IMG/VR virus record: IMGVR_UViG_2873412701_000001
Source of the DNA: an uncultured virus (IMG/VR IMGVR_UViG_2873412701_000001)
Taxonomy: Duplodnaviria > Heunggongvirae > Uroviricota > Caudoviricetes
Direction: 5' to 3' (one strand)
DNA: 64,000 nt
Each line of letters starts with the position of its first letter. Positions within the stretch are counted from its first letter, which is position 1. The notes beneath the pieces are model-generated. The model was not told the DNA's origin and searched no databases. It saw only the letters and a program-made list of their open reading frames with translations. The translations under genes were made by a program, and so were the position numbers. Below, in pieces: positions 1-9,251 of this stretch.

Positions 1-687
1 ATGACCGACAGCCTGTACATCACGTACACCGAAGCCGATATGGACCTGATCCCGAAGGGAATCACCATTCCCGCTGCGCTGGCTGAGGCTCTGGCCGCCC
101 GCGACACGGCGTATGACGCCTACGGCGATGCGCTGATCAAGTACGACGATGTGCTTCGCCAGGACTACATCACAGCGGCTCAGGCTCGCGATGCTGCGAA
201 CGTCCGCGCGGCTGTTCTGGCTGGCTCCGACCCAGACGAGATCCCCAGCGAAGTAGCGCGGGTAACCGCTGCGCGAGGCAGGGCCGTTGGCCTGGTGAAT
301 GGCCTCGCTGACCGTGTGCGCCAGTGCGACCGCGAGATCTATCGGCAATGGGTCGCCGTACTGCCGCAGGCCGAAAGCGAAGTGTCCGAAGCCTTGGGCG
401 CCGCTGAGGATGCGCTCCGTAGGGCCGAGGATGCGTTCCGGGCCGCGCGTAGCAATCACGCTGCGATGGTCAACACGCTGGTCTACGTGAGCCTCATGAA
501 GCGTGGTGTGGTGCGGTCGCAGACCGGGGCGCCGAAGTACATGCCCGGACGGGACGAAGACCGAATTGCGCACGCGCGGCTGCACATGAAGAACCTCGGC
601 GTAGGCGATCCGGATGCCAGCGTGGAAATGCGGCGCGTGCTGGACGCGAGCGGGAATGCCGTCACCATCCCGATGCGCAAGGACTAG
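1..687 (+). CDS. Hypothetical Ala-rich helical protein
   Basis: 228-aa ORF followed by an inverted repeat; family not recognised. Confidence 0.6.
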   Translation: MTDSLYITYTEADMDLIPKGITIPAALAEALAARDTAYDAYGDALIKYDDVLRQDYITAAQARDAANVRAAVLAGSDPDEIPSEVARVTAARGRAVGLVNGLADRVRQCDREIYRQWVAVLPQAESEVSEALGAAEDALRRAEDAFRAARSNHAAMVNTLVYVSLMKRGVVRSQTGAPKYMPGRDEDRIAHARLHMKNLGVGDPDASVEMRRVLDASGNAVTIPMRKD

Positions 688-700
688 CCGCTCAGCAACG

Positions 701-725
701 GGGCCCAGAAACCGTTTCTGGGCCC
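701..725. terminator. Inverted repeat / possible terminator
   Basis: GGGCCCAGAAAC-C-GTTTCTGGGCCC, 12-bp perfect arms directly after the stop codon. Confidence 0.55.
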
Positions 726-750
726 TCTCCCACACCAATTAGGAGAATCC

Positions 751-939
751 ATGGCACTCGTGCCCGTTGAAATCGTGAACAACTCCGGTCAGACCGTGCA
801 AATGACACTCGATGAGAACGGCGAACAGCTTGCGCACTTCCGCAGGATGGTCCGGCGGGAAGAACTCGTGAGCGTCGAGGTAATCGAGCCTGCGACTACT
901 CCCCGTAAGTCGGCTGCGCGAGGGAAGACCGGCGCGTAA
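751..939 (+). CDS. Small hypothetical protein
   Basis: AGGAG RBS upstream; 62 aa. Confidence 0.65.
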   Translation: MALVPVEIVNNSGQTVQMTLDENGEQLAHFRRMVRREELVSVEVIEPATTPRKSAARGKTGA

Positions 940-997
940 CCGCTGAGCAAAGGGCCCTGGGTCGTACACCTGGGCCCCTCTGCGGAAGGGATAAGCC

Positions 998-1588
998 ATG
1001 ACTGTTCGACTGCGAGTCGCTTTCGGTCGTCAGTTCGTGTTCGCCGGCGAGACCTATTCGGGCGGCGATGAGATCGAGATAGCGGACGACGTGGCCATTG
1101 CGATGTTGCGAAGCGGTTTGGTCCTGCCCGCTGACGGTAATTGGCGTGACACAGTGCCGAATTCCGCTGAGCCTGAGCCGCTGGCCGACCATCCGCCCTG
1201 TGATCCTGGCGAAAGGCCCAAGGGTTCTCGCGGCGCCATGCAGACATGCCCCGTTCATGGGTGTCCATGCCTCACATGGAAGGGCAATTGTAGAGCCCAT
1301 GCGCGCAGCAATAGCAGGGGAAGGCGCTACAGCGACAGCTATAACGCGGGATCGGCCCGCCGTAAGCGCTGGGATATAGCCAGTCGTGCCTATCTGCGCG
1401 AGAATCCGTTGTGCGTCAGCGAGCGATGCGCGGCCAAACCTGAGCCATTGCGGAAAGCGGCCAGCGAGGTAGACCACATCGACGGGCTAGGGCTGCAAGG
1501 TCCGCGCGCATTCGACCCGGCCAACTGGCAAGCGCTGTGTAAGCCATGCCATTCACGGAAGACCGCTGGCGAATCATTCGGCCATTAG
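998..1588 (+). CDS. Phage packaging-type HNH endonuclease (true start may be ATG 1238)
   Basis: CPxHGC..C..H, RW..S..YLRENPLC, VDHI, NWQALCKPCHSRKT: pattern of terminase-associated HNH proteins. Confidence 0.8.
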   Translation: MTVRLRVAFGRQFVFAGETYSGGDEIEIADDVAIAMLRSGLVLPADGNWRDTVPNSAEPEPLADHPPCDPGERPKGSRGAMQTCPVHGCPCLTWKGNCRAHARSNSRGRRYSDSYNAGSARRKRWDIASRAYLRENPLCVSERCAAKPEPLRKAASEVDHIDGLGLQGPRAFDPANWQALCKPCHSRKTAGESFGH

Positions 1589-1649
1589 CTCACGCGCTGT
1601 AGTCACTGGCGTCTCACCCATAATCACTCACTGTGTCGAGTGACTACAC

Positions 1650-1760
1650 AGGGTAGGGGGAGGGACCCTGATCGACTGGGATTGGACAGCGCGGGGGAGG
1701 GCGCTGTCAGGTCCGCCCGGTTCAAAGACCCCGTTCGTTACCGTTCCGTGACCTGCGGAG
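1650..1760. other. Putative cos-like packaging region
   Basis: Two GGGGGAGGG boxes directly downstream of the HNH gene, the position cos sites occupy in HNH-dependent cos phages; inference only. Confidence 0.35.
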
Positions 1761-2029
1761 CGGTCTGGCCATAACACAGCGTGACAGCAGATTGGGGTAC
1801 GTCGTGAGCATCTTTCACGCCCTCACTGACATGAAGCTAGGTACCGACGATCCGAGCCTAGACCGCATCCGGGCCGAGCACGCCGCATGCCGCTGGTCGG
1901 ACTGCCCACACCTCACAGCCTTCGCTGCCCACGAAGACCGAATGCGCACTGCCGGACGTTCCTGGCGCTGCGAGCCGGCGATTCGACACCAGCGCCCCGA
2001 GCGCGACTAGACACGAATACCCGCCAATC

Positions 2030-2057
2030 GCCCCCGAATTTCACTGGATTCGGGGGC
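2030..2057. terminator. Inverted repeat
   Basis: GCCCCCGAAT-N8-ATTCGGGGGC followed by ATTTT. Confidence 0.5.
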
Positions 2058-2081
2058 ATTTTCATGCCTGAGGGGCGCCAG

Positions 2082-2651
2082 ATGGCCAAGAAAAGAGACT
2101 TACTCGGGTCGGCTGCGCTACTCGCTGCACTGATTGCCACGGCCAGCGCAGAGTATGAGCTAGCGCGCGCAGTCGGATACGGCGAATGGGTCGCGGGATG
2201 CGTTCCGGCCGCACTCGATGTCTGGTGCATCCGCGCATTCAAGGTTCAGCGGGATGTGGCTGCGGCTGTGGTTGCGCTGGTGCTGGTGAATGCGGCTGCG
2301 CATCTGGTGAGTGCAGACCTCATTCCGGTGTCCGTCCCGCTGGTGATCGCTGTCAGCGCGATTGCGCCCCTGGTGCTGTACCGAGTGCACGCCCTACATG
2401 AGCCGCTGAGCGCCCCGCCAGCGCCCCAGGAGCCTGCGCCAGTGGTCCCGGAGCCGCAAGAGCCTGCGAAGCCCGTACAGACGCCTACGGCTGCGAAGCC
2501 TGCGCACTCCGCTGACCCGCTCTTGCCGGATGCGCGGAAGCTCTATGCAGCCAACGGCAAGCCCGTACCGCTGCGCACGCTGCAAGCCGAGTTGCGTATC
2601 GGTCAGTCCCGCGCTCAGCGCATCCGAACCGCACTCGCTGCAACCACGTAG
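2082..2651 (+). CDS. DUF2637/Spd-like membrane protein with C-terminal HTH
   Basis: Several TM helices, Pro/Glu linker, C-terminal LRTLQAELRIGQSRAQRI HTH-like segment; start chosen from RBS. Confidence 0.7.
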   Translation: MAKKRDLLGSAALLAALIATASAEYELARAVGYGEWVAGCVPAALDVWCIRAFKVQRDVAAAVVALVLVNAAAHLVSADLIPVSVPLVIAVSAIAPLVLYRVHALHEPLSAPPAPQEPAPVVPEPQEPAKPVQTPTAAKPAHSADPLLPDARKLYAANGKPVPLRTLQAELRIGQSRAQRIRTALAATT

Positions 2652-2704
2652 TCAAGCCCCTGCACTCGCTGCCATTCGGTGGCCAGTGCAGGGGTATTCG
2701 TGTT

Positions 2705-3922
2705 TCAGGCTGCCTGGTGCTCAGCGAGTAGGGCAGCGACTTCCGGCACTTCTGCGTAATCCTCCAAGCGGCTGAGAATGACACGCACTCGCTCCGCCAC
2801 TCGCTCTGACAGGGTGTCAGCTCCGAGAGAAATGACCCGCTCGGCTACCGTTGCCGCTTCCTCAGGCTCGTTTGCATCGGCCAGCGCCACGGCCAGCCAA
2901 GAGAGGTACAGAGCCATTTCGCGGGTATGCGTTGCGTCGTAGCCGCTGAGGACTTCACGGAGCAAGGGAACAGCGCGCAAGGGCCGGTGAAGCTCGGTGT
3001 AAACGCGTGATTCCATGACCCGCAGTTCGCCAGCGTCCACCCAATACAGGTACGCGGGTGACTCCGTTGCGGCGCTGTCCTCGCTGAGTGCTTGCCCGGC
3101 TTCCCCCAGCGCGCGCATCGCTTGCCTTGCATGGTCGATTCCCCCGACCTTCGTATGCGCCCATGCCACGCGGTCGAGGTACAGTGCGCGTGCCTTCGGC
3201 GGGGCATCGCTGCCAGCGTCATATAGCGCCGCTTGTGCCAGCGTGACACCCTCGATTTCCCGCCCAGTGTTGCTCATCTGGTAGGCCAGCGATCCGGCTA
3301 TGTTCCCGGCAAGCGTGTGATCCTCCGCCTGCCTCGCTGCGCTGATTCCGACCCGGTAAATGCGTTCAGCTTCACTGTGCTGGCCGGCGTCGCTGGCAAT
3401 CCATCCGGCAATCTGCGCCAACTCCCCTATCTGCCTGAGTAGTCGGCGCCCTACTTCGCTGGTATGGGTTCCTTCGCGGTACAGCTTCACGGCGGAGCGG
3501 AGTTCACGCAGCGCAGGCCGGATTAGGTCGCCTCCCGCTAGAACGTCGTCGGCAAGCCTGAGCCCGTGCACTCGCTGCTGTAGGTCATCCACCTGGCCCA
3601 TGCTGATCCGGCGCCCTGTACGGGCACTCAGCGGGCTTAGCGGGTCACCTTCGGGCAGGAAGTCAGCGAGGGTCGGCAAAGGCGGCTCAGCGGGCTTCTG
3701 TGGCGCGCGCAGCGTGTCTACGGGTACGCCGAGAGCAGCAGCGAGGAACGGAAGCCATTCACGGGGCGTGCGCTTGCCCGTCTCCCATCGGCTGATCTCT
3801 TGGCGCCCGACTGGTTCGCCAACAACCCCAGCGGTACGGCAGACCTCATGCGCTAGACGTGCCTGACTCCACCCGCGCGCTTCGCGGTACCGCCGGATGT
3901 TGGCCCCGATGTCGCTGCCCAT
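2705..3922 (-). CDS. XRE-family HTH regulator with TPR-like C-terminus
   Basis: IRRYREARGWSQARLA...ISRWETGKRTP; helical C-terminus typical of Streptomyces XRE regulators. Confidence 0.9.
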   Translation of the reverse strand: MGSDIGANIRRYREARGWSQARLAHEVCRTAGVVGEPVGRQEISRWETGKRTPREWLPFLAAALGVPVDTLRAPQKPAEPPLPTLADFLPEGDPLSPLSARTGRRISMGQVDDLQQRVHGLRLADDVLAGGDLIRPALRELRSAVKLYREGTHTSEVGRRLLRQIGELAQIAGWIASDAGQHSEAERIYRVGISAARQAEDHTLAGNIAGSLAYQMSNTGREIEGVTLAQAALYDAGSDAPPKARALYLDRVAWAHTKVGGIDHARQAMRALGEAGQALSEDSAATESPAYLYWVDAGELRVMESRVYTELHRPLRAVPLLREVLSGYDATHTREMALYLSWLAVALADANEPEEAATVAERVISLGADTLSERVAERVRVILSRLEDYAEVPEVAALLAEHQAA

Positions 3923-4178
3923 GCCTCAAGTCTGGCCGACAGTTGGCCTACAGGGGGCCGCTATGCCGCTGCTTTTTGGGGCGGAAGGGTCGAGGAGCGT
4001 AAGTACCCCCGCGACGCTGCGAACGTCCGGGGGCGTGGGCCACCTGAGAAAGGCAGGCAGTCACCATGGGTCTATCACGAACGCTCGAACGAGTGAGAGC
4101 CGCATTCCGGCGACGCACACCAGGCAGGCACAGGCGCTCCGCGCTGACCCAGGAAGCGCCCTGGGGTGGTGCCCAGTG

Positions 4179-4379
4179 ATGACCATCGCTGTGTACCGGA
4201 TCGACCCGCAGACAGGCGCTCAGACCCTCGTACGCGCGCAGCACACGGTGAAGCCTGCGAGCGTGCCGGATCTCTCCAGCGAATACCCACCGTGCGCCTG
4301 CCCGCGCCACAGGGGCAGCGAAAGCAGACTCCGCACTCTGCTGGCCGAAGCGAACCGACGTAGCAGGGGGACGCTGTGA
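4179..4379 (+). CDS. Small protein with CxCxxH motif, divergent from the XRE gene
   Basis: MTIAVYRIDP...PPCACPRH; stop overlaps the next start. Confidence 0.55.
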   Translation: MTIAVYRIDPQTGAQTLVRAQHTVKPASVPDLSSEYPPCACPRHRGSESRLRTLLAEANRRSRGTL

Positions 4380-4636
4380 CGCGCTCGATCATCAGGGCCG
4401 CTGAGTGGACGCTAGGGCCGGAAACCGCCCAGGGTGCTACGCAGGGCATCTACTCCGCCGAGTGCATCACGTGTGGGGCCCAGGCTCAGCCAACTGACAA
4501 TGACCGCTTGCCAGTTGAGGTCTGGACGTTGAAGCACACGGGGCTGAATCCGACGCACCGGCAGTTCAAGGCCACGACGGAGACTTTCTGGCGCGTGACT
4601 CCGACTGACGGCAACCCGTACCGCGAGAACGACTGA
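4376..4636 (+). CDS. Small zinc-ribbon protein (DUF7848-like)
   Basis: C-x2-C...W.LKHTG.NP.H; common partner of Streptomyces XRE genes. Confidence 0.7.
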   Translation: MTRSIIRAAEWTLGPETAQGATQGIYSAECITCGAQAQPTDNDRLPVEVWTLKHTGLNPTHRQFKATTETFWRVTPTDGNPYREND

Positions 4637-4655
4637 GCGCCCAGCGCCGAAGACT

Positions 4656-4699
4656 GCCCCGTTTCACTTGCTCTCCCACGCTGGCGAGTGAAACGGGGC
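4656..4699. terminator. Bidirectional terminator-like hairpin
   Basis: GCCCCGTTTCACT...AGTGAAACGGGGC between convergent genes. Confidence 0.6.
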
Positions 4700-4710
4700 T
4701 CCTTGCTGCC

Positions 4711-5079
4711 TCAGTGCTGGCTCAGGGCTCCGCGCAAAGCGTCTGCCAGCGCCACAGCCACAGGAGCGTTCAGCCGTTCCCCGCGCAGTTCTGCTACGCC
4801 AGCGACGTCCTTCACGGCTCCGGCCAGTTTCTCGACCAGCGAGCAAAGCTCAGCGCGTGAGATCTCCGGCCGCTGGACCATCGTCAGCGCGTAGGCGGCA
4901 TCGTTGCGCGCTGCGCTGATGATGTGCGCTTCGGTGCGATCCGCGATCAGGTCAACACCTTCGCCGGGCACTGCGTACTCTGCGTGTCCCGCTGGCCCGT
5001 TCCACGGTAGGCGCCTGCCGATAGGCTCAGTCACGCCGACTCCAATCCAGTCGGTTAGCCCCGGTGCGGAAGCCTTCAC
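4711..5079 (-). CDS. Hypothetical protein (start uncertain)
   Basis: RRLPW..P.G type small protein seen in Streptomyces mobile regions. Confidence 0.5.
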   Translation of the reverse strand: MKASAPGLTDWIGVGVTEPIGRRLPWNGPAGHAEYAVPGEGVDLIADRTEAHIISAARNDAAYALTMVQRPEISRAELCSLVEKLAGAVKDVAGVAELRGERLNAPVAVALADALRGALSQH

Positions 5080-5214
5080 CCTTCCCGCCGGGGCACTGTT
5101 TTTGACTTGATCAGATTACGTGGCCGGGCACTTTCAGGGACGCTCGCACGCCCATTTTCGGGGCCGATTCCCCCTGTTGGGGTCTCGCGCTGGCCTGGGA
5201 CGACGTGCTAGAAC

Positions 5215-5250
5215 TGCCAGTCACAGGCCCTACGGGTTGTCCGCGCCGAC
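5215..5250. other. Hybrid att junction of the left element
   Basis: Minus strand GAC AAC CCG TA|G GGC CTG TGA, where TAC GGC CAY CCN is expected. Confidence 0.6.
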
Positions 5251-6718
5251 CGAGATGAGGGCCAACCGTGGAGCCATCGCACGTATCAGTCCAGGGTCCT
5301 GGTAGGCCGAACCATGGTGGGCGACCTTCACCACGTCCACGGCTCCCAGCGCCGCGGCCTCCGGTGATCCCGCCAGTTCCCGCTGGCCCGGTGGCTCCAG
5401 GTCGCCCAGGAGCAGCAGGGTCAGCCCGGCCGAGCGGACGAGCATGGTCACGCTGGCGTCGTTCGGCCCGTCCGGTGCGGCGGCGTCGGCCGGTGGCCAC
5501 AGCACCCGCCAGGTGAGGCTGCCCGTGCGGCGCTCCTCCCCCGCCACGGCCCGGGTCAGCGGGATCCGCCGGTACGCCGCCTCCCTGCGCACGAACTCGG
5601 CCTGTTCCTCGGGCTCCTCGAAGCCGGTCGCCGCGATCGCCCCCACCGCACGCCCTCGCAGCACTCCCGGCAGCCCCATCACGTGGTCGGCGTGGAAGTG
5701 GGTGAGGACCACGAGCGGGATCCGGGTGATGCCGAGTGCCGTGAGGCAGCGGTCGACCGACACCGGATCGGGACCGGCGTCCACGACCACTCCGGCGCCG
5801 TCGCCCGCCGCGAGGACGCTCGCGTCCCCTTGCCCCACATCGCACATCACCAGGTGCCAGCCCGGCGGCGGCCACCCCGTGATCACCCTGGTCAGGGGCG
5901 GTGGCTGCACCACGACCAACAGAAAGGCCAGCAGGCAGGCACCCACCAGATACGGATGGCTGAGGAGGCGCCGCCCGATCAGGACGACCACCACGGTGAC
6001 CAGGACGAGGAGCAGCGCACCGGTCCAGCTGCCCGGCCAGTCCACTCCCGCGCCGGGCAGCGACGCCCCGGTGCGGGCGATGTCCGCGATCCAGCCGGCG
6101 GGCCAACTCGCGCACCAGGCAAAGCACTCGGCGACGGGCATCGCCACCGGGGCCGTCGCCAGGGTGGCGAACCCCAGCACCGTGGCCGGGGCCACCGCGA
6201 ACTCCGCCAGCAGGTTGCACGGCACCGCCACCAGGCTCACCTTGGCCGACAGCACGGCGACGACCGGCGCGCACACCGCCTGCGCGGCTCCCGCCGCGGC
6301 CAGCGCCTCGGCCGGACGCGGTGGCACCCGGCGCCGCTGGAGCGCGGCGCTCCAGCGCGGGGCGAGGATGAGCAGCGCTCCGGTCGCGAGGACGGACAGC
6401 AGGAAGCCGTAACTGCGGGCCAGCCACGGGTCGTACAGGACCAGCAGCAGGACCGCCGTCGCCAGCGCGGGGACGAGGGACCTGCGGCGTCCCGTCGCGA
6501 TGGCCAGCAGCGCGATCGCACCGCACGCGGCGGCCCGCACCACGCTGGGTTCCGGCCGGCACACGATCACGAACCCGAGCGTCAGCGCACCACCCGCCAG
6601 CGCGGTCGCCCGCAGAGAGATGCCGAGCCGTGGTGCGAGTCCCCGTCGCTCGGCCCGCTGCGCCAATCCCGGCGGTCCGATGAACAGGGCCAAGAGAATC
6701 GTGAAGTTGGCCCCTGAG
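5230..6718 (-). pseudogene. comEC: Internal fragment of ComEC/Rec2 DNA-uptake protein, interrupted at both ends
   Basis: SGANF, PSVVRAA, GFLLSVLAT, metallo-beta-lactamase motifs DVGQGD, THFHADH, NDAS, GDLE, KVAHHGS, ISVGADNP. Confidence 0.93.
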
Positions 6719-6759
6719 AATATGTACCGGACAGGTGAGTCGGTCGCTATCCTCAGGCC
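6700..6759. other. Hybrid att junction of the prophage plus integrase promoter
   Basis: comEC similarity ends at S-G-A-N-F, about 40 bp before the integrase ATG. TATCCT (6748-6753) is placed like the -10 box of a leaderless mRNA. Confidence 0.7.
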
Positions 6760-8301
6760 ATGCCGATCGCGCCCGAATACCTCCATCTGGTCTACCCAGA
6801 CACGGTCTTCCACGCCCTGCTCTACGGCCGCGCCTCCCGCGACCCCCGCAAAAAGGGCCGCAGCGTCGGCGACCAGCTCGACACCGGACACGAACTCTGC
6901 GACGCCAACGGCTGGCCCGTCGCCGAAACCTTCCGGGACATCGACCGCTCTGCTTCCCGCCACGCCCGCCGGACCCGCGACGACTTCGAGGCACTCATCG
7001 CCGCCATCGAAGCGAAGAAGGGCCGCATCGTCGTCGCCTTCGAAGCCTCCCGCTACTACCGGGACATCGAGGCATACATCCGGCTGCGGAACGCCTGCAT
7101 GGCCAACGACGTCCTGCTCTGCTACAACGGCCAGGTCTACGACCTCTCCAAGCGCGAGGACCGCAAAGCCACCGCCCAAGATGCCATCGCCGCCGAGGAC
7201 GAAGCCGAAGGCATCCGCGACCGCGTACTCCGCTCCACCCGCGCCCAGGCCAAGAAAGGTCTTCCCCACGGCCGCCTCCTCTACGGGTACGCACGCCGCT
7301 ACGACCCCGACACCGGCGACCTCATCGAGCAGTACCCCCACCCCGAGCAGAGCGCCATCGTGCTGGAGGTTTTCGAGCGGGTCGCCGCGGGTGAGACCGA
7401 GTACTCGATCCTCCAGGACCTTCGGACGCGCGGCGAGCGGACGCCGGGGCAGGAGTGGGGCTACTACCACTTGCCGAACATGCTGCGGAACGTCGGCTAC
7501 AAGGGCCGCCGCCTGCACCGCGGCGAGGACTTCGGGGAGGCGACGTGGCCGGCGCTGGTGCCGGAGGAGCTGTTCGAGCAGGTGCAGGAGATCATCGGGG
7601 CTGAGTCGCGGAACACGGTCCGGGACTATGCGGTGAAGCATCTGCTGTCGGGGATCGCCCGCTGCGGCGAGTGTGACGATCACCCGCATCTGCGTGTGGG
7701 GAAGTCGCGCGGCTATCTGACGTACGGATGCTCGGCCAAGTTCGACTCGCAGATGAACAAGGACAAGCTCGACGCGTATGTCGAGGAAGCGGTCGTGGAG
7801 TGGCTGGGATCGCGGGCCGCGGTGGCTGCGTTCCAGTCGGACGAGCAGGGCAAGCGGGCCGAGCGGGCACGCGCCCGGCAGAAGGCGTTGCAGCGGCAGT
7901 TGGACGAGGCGCGGGAGATGTCGGCGACGTTCAAGGAGGACGGGGTGACGCCGCGCTTGTCATTGGCGTCGCTGGCGGTTCAGGAGGACCGGCTGGTGCC
8001 GCAGATCGAGGCGGCGCGGCGCGAGGCTCAGGAGATGGACGCGCCGCCGCTGGTGCGCAGGTTGGTCGGCCGGCCGGATGTTCAGGAGGTCTGGGACGAG
8101 GAGTTGACGATCGAGCAGCAGCGGACGGTGCTGCGGGCGGTGGTCAACATCCGTTTGAACAGGGCGAGGGCTCGGGGTGTGCGCTCGATTGAGCCAGGCC
8201 GGGTCACGCTGCGGTTCTTCGGGCAGCCCGGGTTCAGGGACCAACCACGTTATGTCCGCGCGACCTCTCCCGCTCCGGCTGCTGCTGAGGGAACGGAATG
8301 A
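6760..8301 (+). CDS. Large serine recombinase (integrase)
   Basis: YGRAS catalytic motif, DxDRSASR, recombinase domain, LLSGIARCGEC zinc ribbon, coiled coil. Confidence 0.95.
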   Translation: MPIAPEYLHLVYPDTVFHALLYGRASRDPRKKGRSVGDQLDTGHELCDANGWPVAETFRDIDRSASRHARRTRDDFEALIAAIEAKKGRIVVAFEASRYYRDIEAYIRLRNACMANDVLLCYNGQVYDLSKREDRKATAQDAIAAEDEAEGIRDRVLRSTRAQAKKGLPHGRLLYGYARRYDPDTGDLIEQYPHPEQSAIVLEVFERVAAGETEYSILQDLRTRGERTPGQEWGYYHLPNMLRNVGYKGRRLHRGEDFGEATWPALVPEELFEQVQEIIGAESRNTVRDYAVKHLLSGIARCGECDDHPHLRVGKSRGYLTYGCSAKFDSQMNKDKLDAYVEEAVVEWLGSRAAVAAFQSDEQGKRAERARARQKALQRQLDEAREMSATFKEDGVTPRLSLASLAVQEDRLVPQIEAARREAQEMDAPPLVRRLVGRPDVQEVWDEELTIEQQRTVLRAVVNIRLNRARARGVRSIEPGRVTLRFFGQPGFRDQPRYVRATSPAPAAAEGTE

Positions 8302-8779
8302 GGTTGCCCTTGACGGCCGGCTGAGGCGCGAACTTGCCGTTGCGGTACATGCGGACGGTGGCTTCCATCGTTTCCGCGATGAGGGAGGCGCGGCGCTCTT
8401 CGAACTCGGAGTGCAGTGCCTCCCTTTCGGTTGCCAGGCGGACGGCGAGGGCGGCGCGTTCGGCAGCTACGGCTTGGGTGCGGCGCCCGTGTTCGTTTTC
8501 CAGGGCCGCTTCCAAGGAGACGTAACGGTTCCTCTCGTCGTCGGCGGCGCGTGTGGCGTCGGCGAGGGCGCGTCGTTCTTCGCTGGTGTTGGTGAACCAG
8601 CGGTGGATGAAGAGCAGAGCTATGAGCGTGAGCGCGACCATGGCCAGGCAGAGCCCGCCGAGGGCTTGTGCTGGGTCGCCGCGGACTACTGCATGGAGGG
8701 TTACTGCCGCTCCTGCGAGCAGGGCTGCCGCTCCTGTTGTGGCTGTGGCTCGTGTTCCGCCCGTGAGACCCATGCGCAT
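8234..8779 (-). CDS. Membrane protein with coiled coil
   Basis: Two TM helices then a coiled coil; downstream of the repressor. Confidence 0.7.
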   Translation of the reverse strand: MRMGLTGGTRATATTGAAALLAGAAVTLHAVVRGDPAQALGGLCLAMVALTLIALLFIHRWFTNTSEERRALADATRAADDERNRYVSLEAALENEHGRRTQAVAAERAALAVRLATEREALHSEFEERRASLIAETMEATVRMYRNGKFAPQPAVKGNLIPFPQQQPERERSRGHNVVGP

Positions 8780-8786
8780 CCCCCGA

Positions 8787-9236
8787 TCACATTTCTGCTG
8801 CTGCCTCTCCGGGGTTGTTGCGCTCGGTGGGCTGGTCGTCTTCCAGGCGCTTGAGACGGTCGATGGTTGCGAAGAACATCTGGCGTCCCACTTCGTCCTG
8901 GATTCCGAGCCCGTCGGCTACTTCCTCCGGAGTGAGGTCAGAGCCTACCTGCGATCGGTCAGTTTCGGACAGTGACTGAAGAGATTCGCGGGACATGAGC
9001 CCGGCTTCGACGAAGAGAGCCGCAGGGTGGAGGCCTACAGCCTCGGCGAGGGGCTCGAAGAAGCGGGGCTCGGGGATGGCTTGTCCGTTCCACATTCGGC
9101 CAATGCTGCTCTCGGTCATGCCGGTGGCGCGTGCGAGGCGGGCTTGGCGGCCGTGGCCGGTGTAGCCGGCGCGTATGGCGGCGGGCACGACGACGGCGGC
9201 GAAGCGCTGCGCGAGCGTGGGGGTCGCATCGGTCAT
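8787..9236 (-). CDS. Immunity repressor, XRE/cI-like HTH
   Basis: QARLARATGMTESSIGRMWNGQAIP; divergent from a cro-like gene. Confidence 0.85.
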   Translation of the reverse strand: MTDATPTLAQRFAAVVVPAAIRAGYTGHGRQARLARATGMTESSIGRMWNGQAIPEPRFFEPLAEAVGLHPAALFVEAGLMSRESLQSLSETDRSQVGSDLTPEEVADGLGIQDEVGRQMFFATIDRLKRLEDDQPTERNNPGEAAAEM

Positions 9237-9251
9237 GTTCCGAAACTGTAC

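Larger units (their letters stand above)
1..5229. mobile_element. Right part of an integrated satellite/phage-like element inserted in the 3' end of comEC
   Basis: comEC reading frame ends abruptly at D-N-P-TAG (normally DNPYGHP). Flanking DNA has non-host codon usage and carries HNH, DUF2637-like and XRE genes. Its left end and integrase are outside the window. Confidence 0.7.

Noticed and set aside
1792..2010. 72-aa ORF downstream of the cos-like region
   Set aside because: TTG start, no clear RBS or motif; not supportable
2400..2510. GAGCC repeats in the left DUF2637-like gene as a DNA motif
   Set aside because: Mostly one orientation and frame (Glu-Pro codons), unlike the traB array
5230..7689. 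819-aa ORF as a full-length ComEC
   Set aside because: The first ~320 aa are the antisense of the integrase; ComEC motifs start only at SGANF
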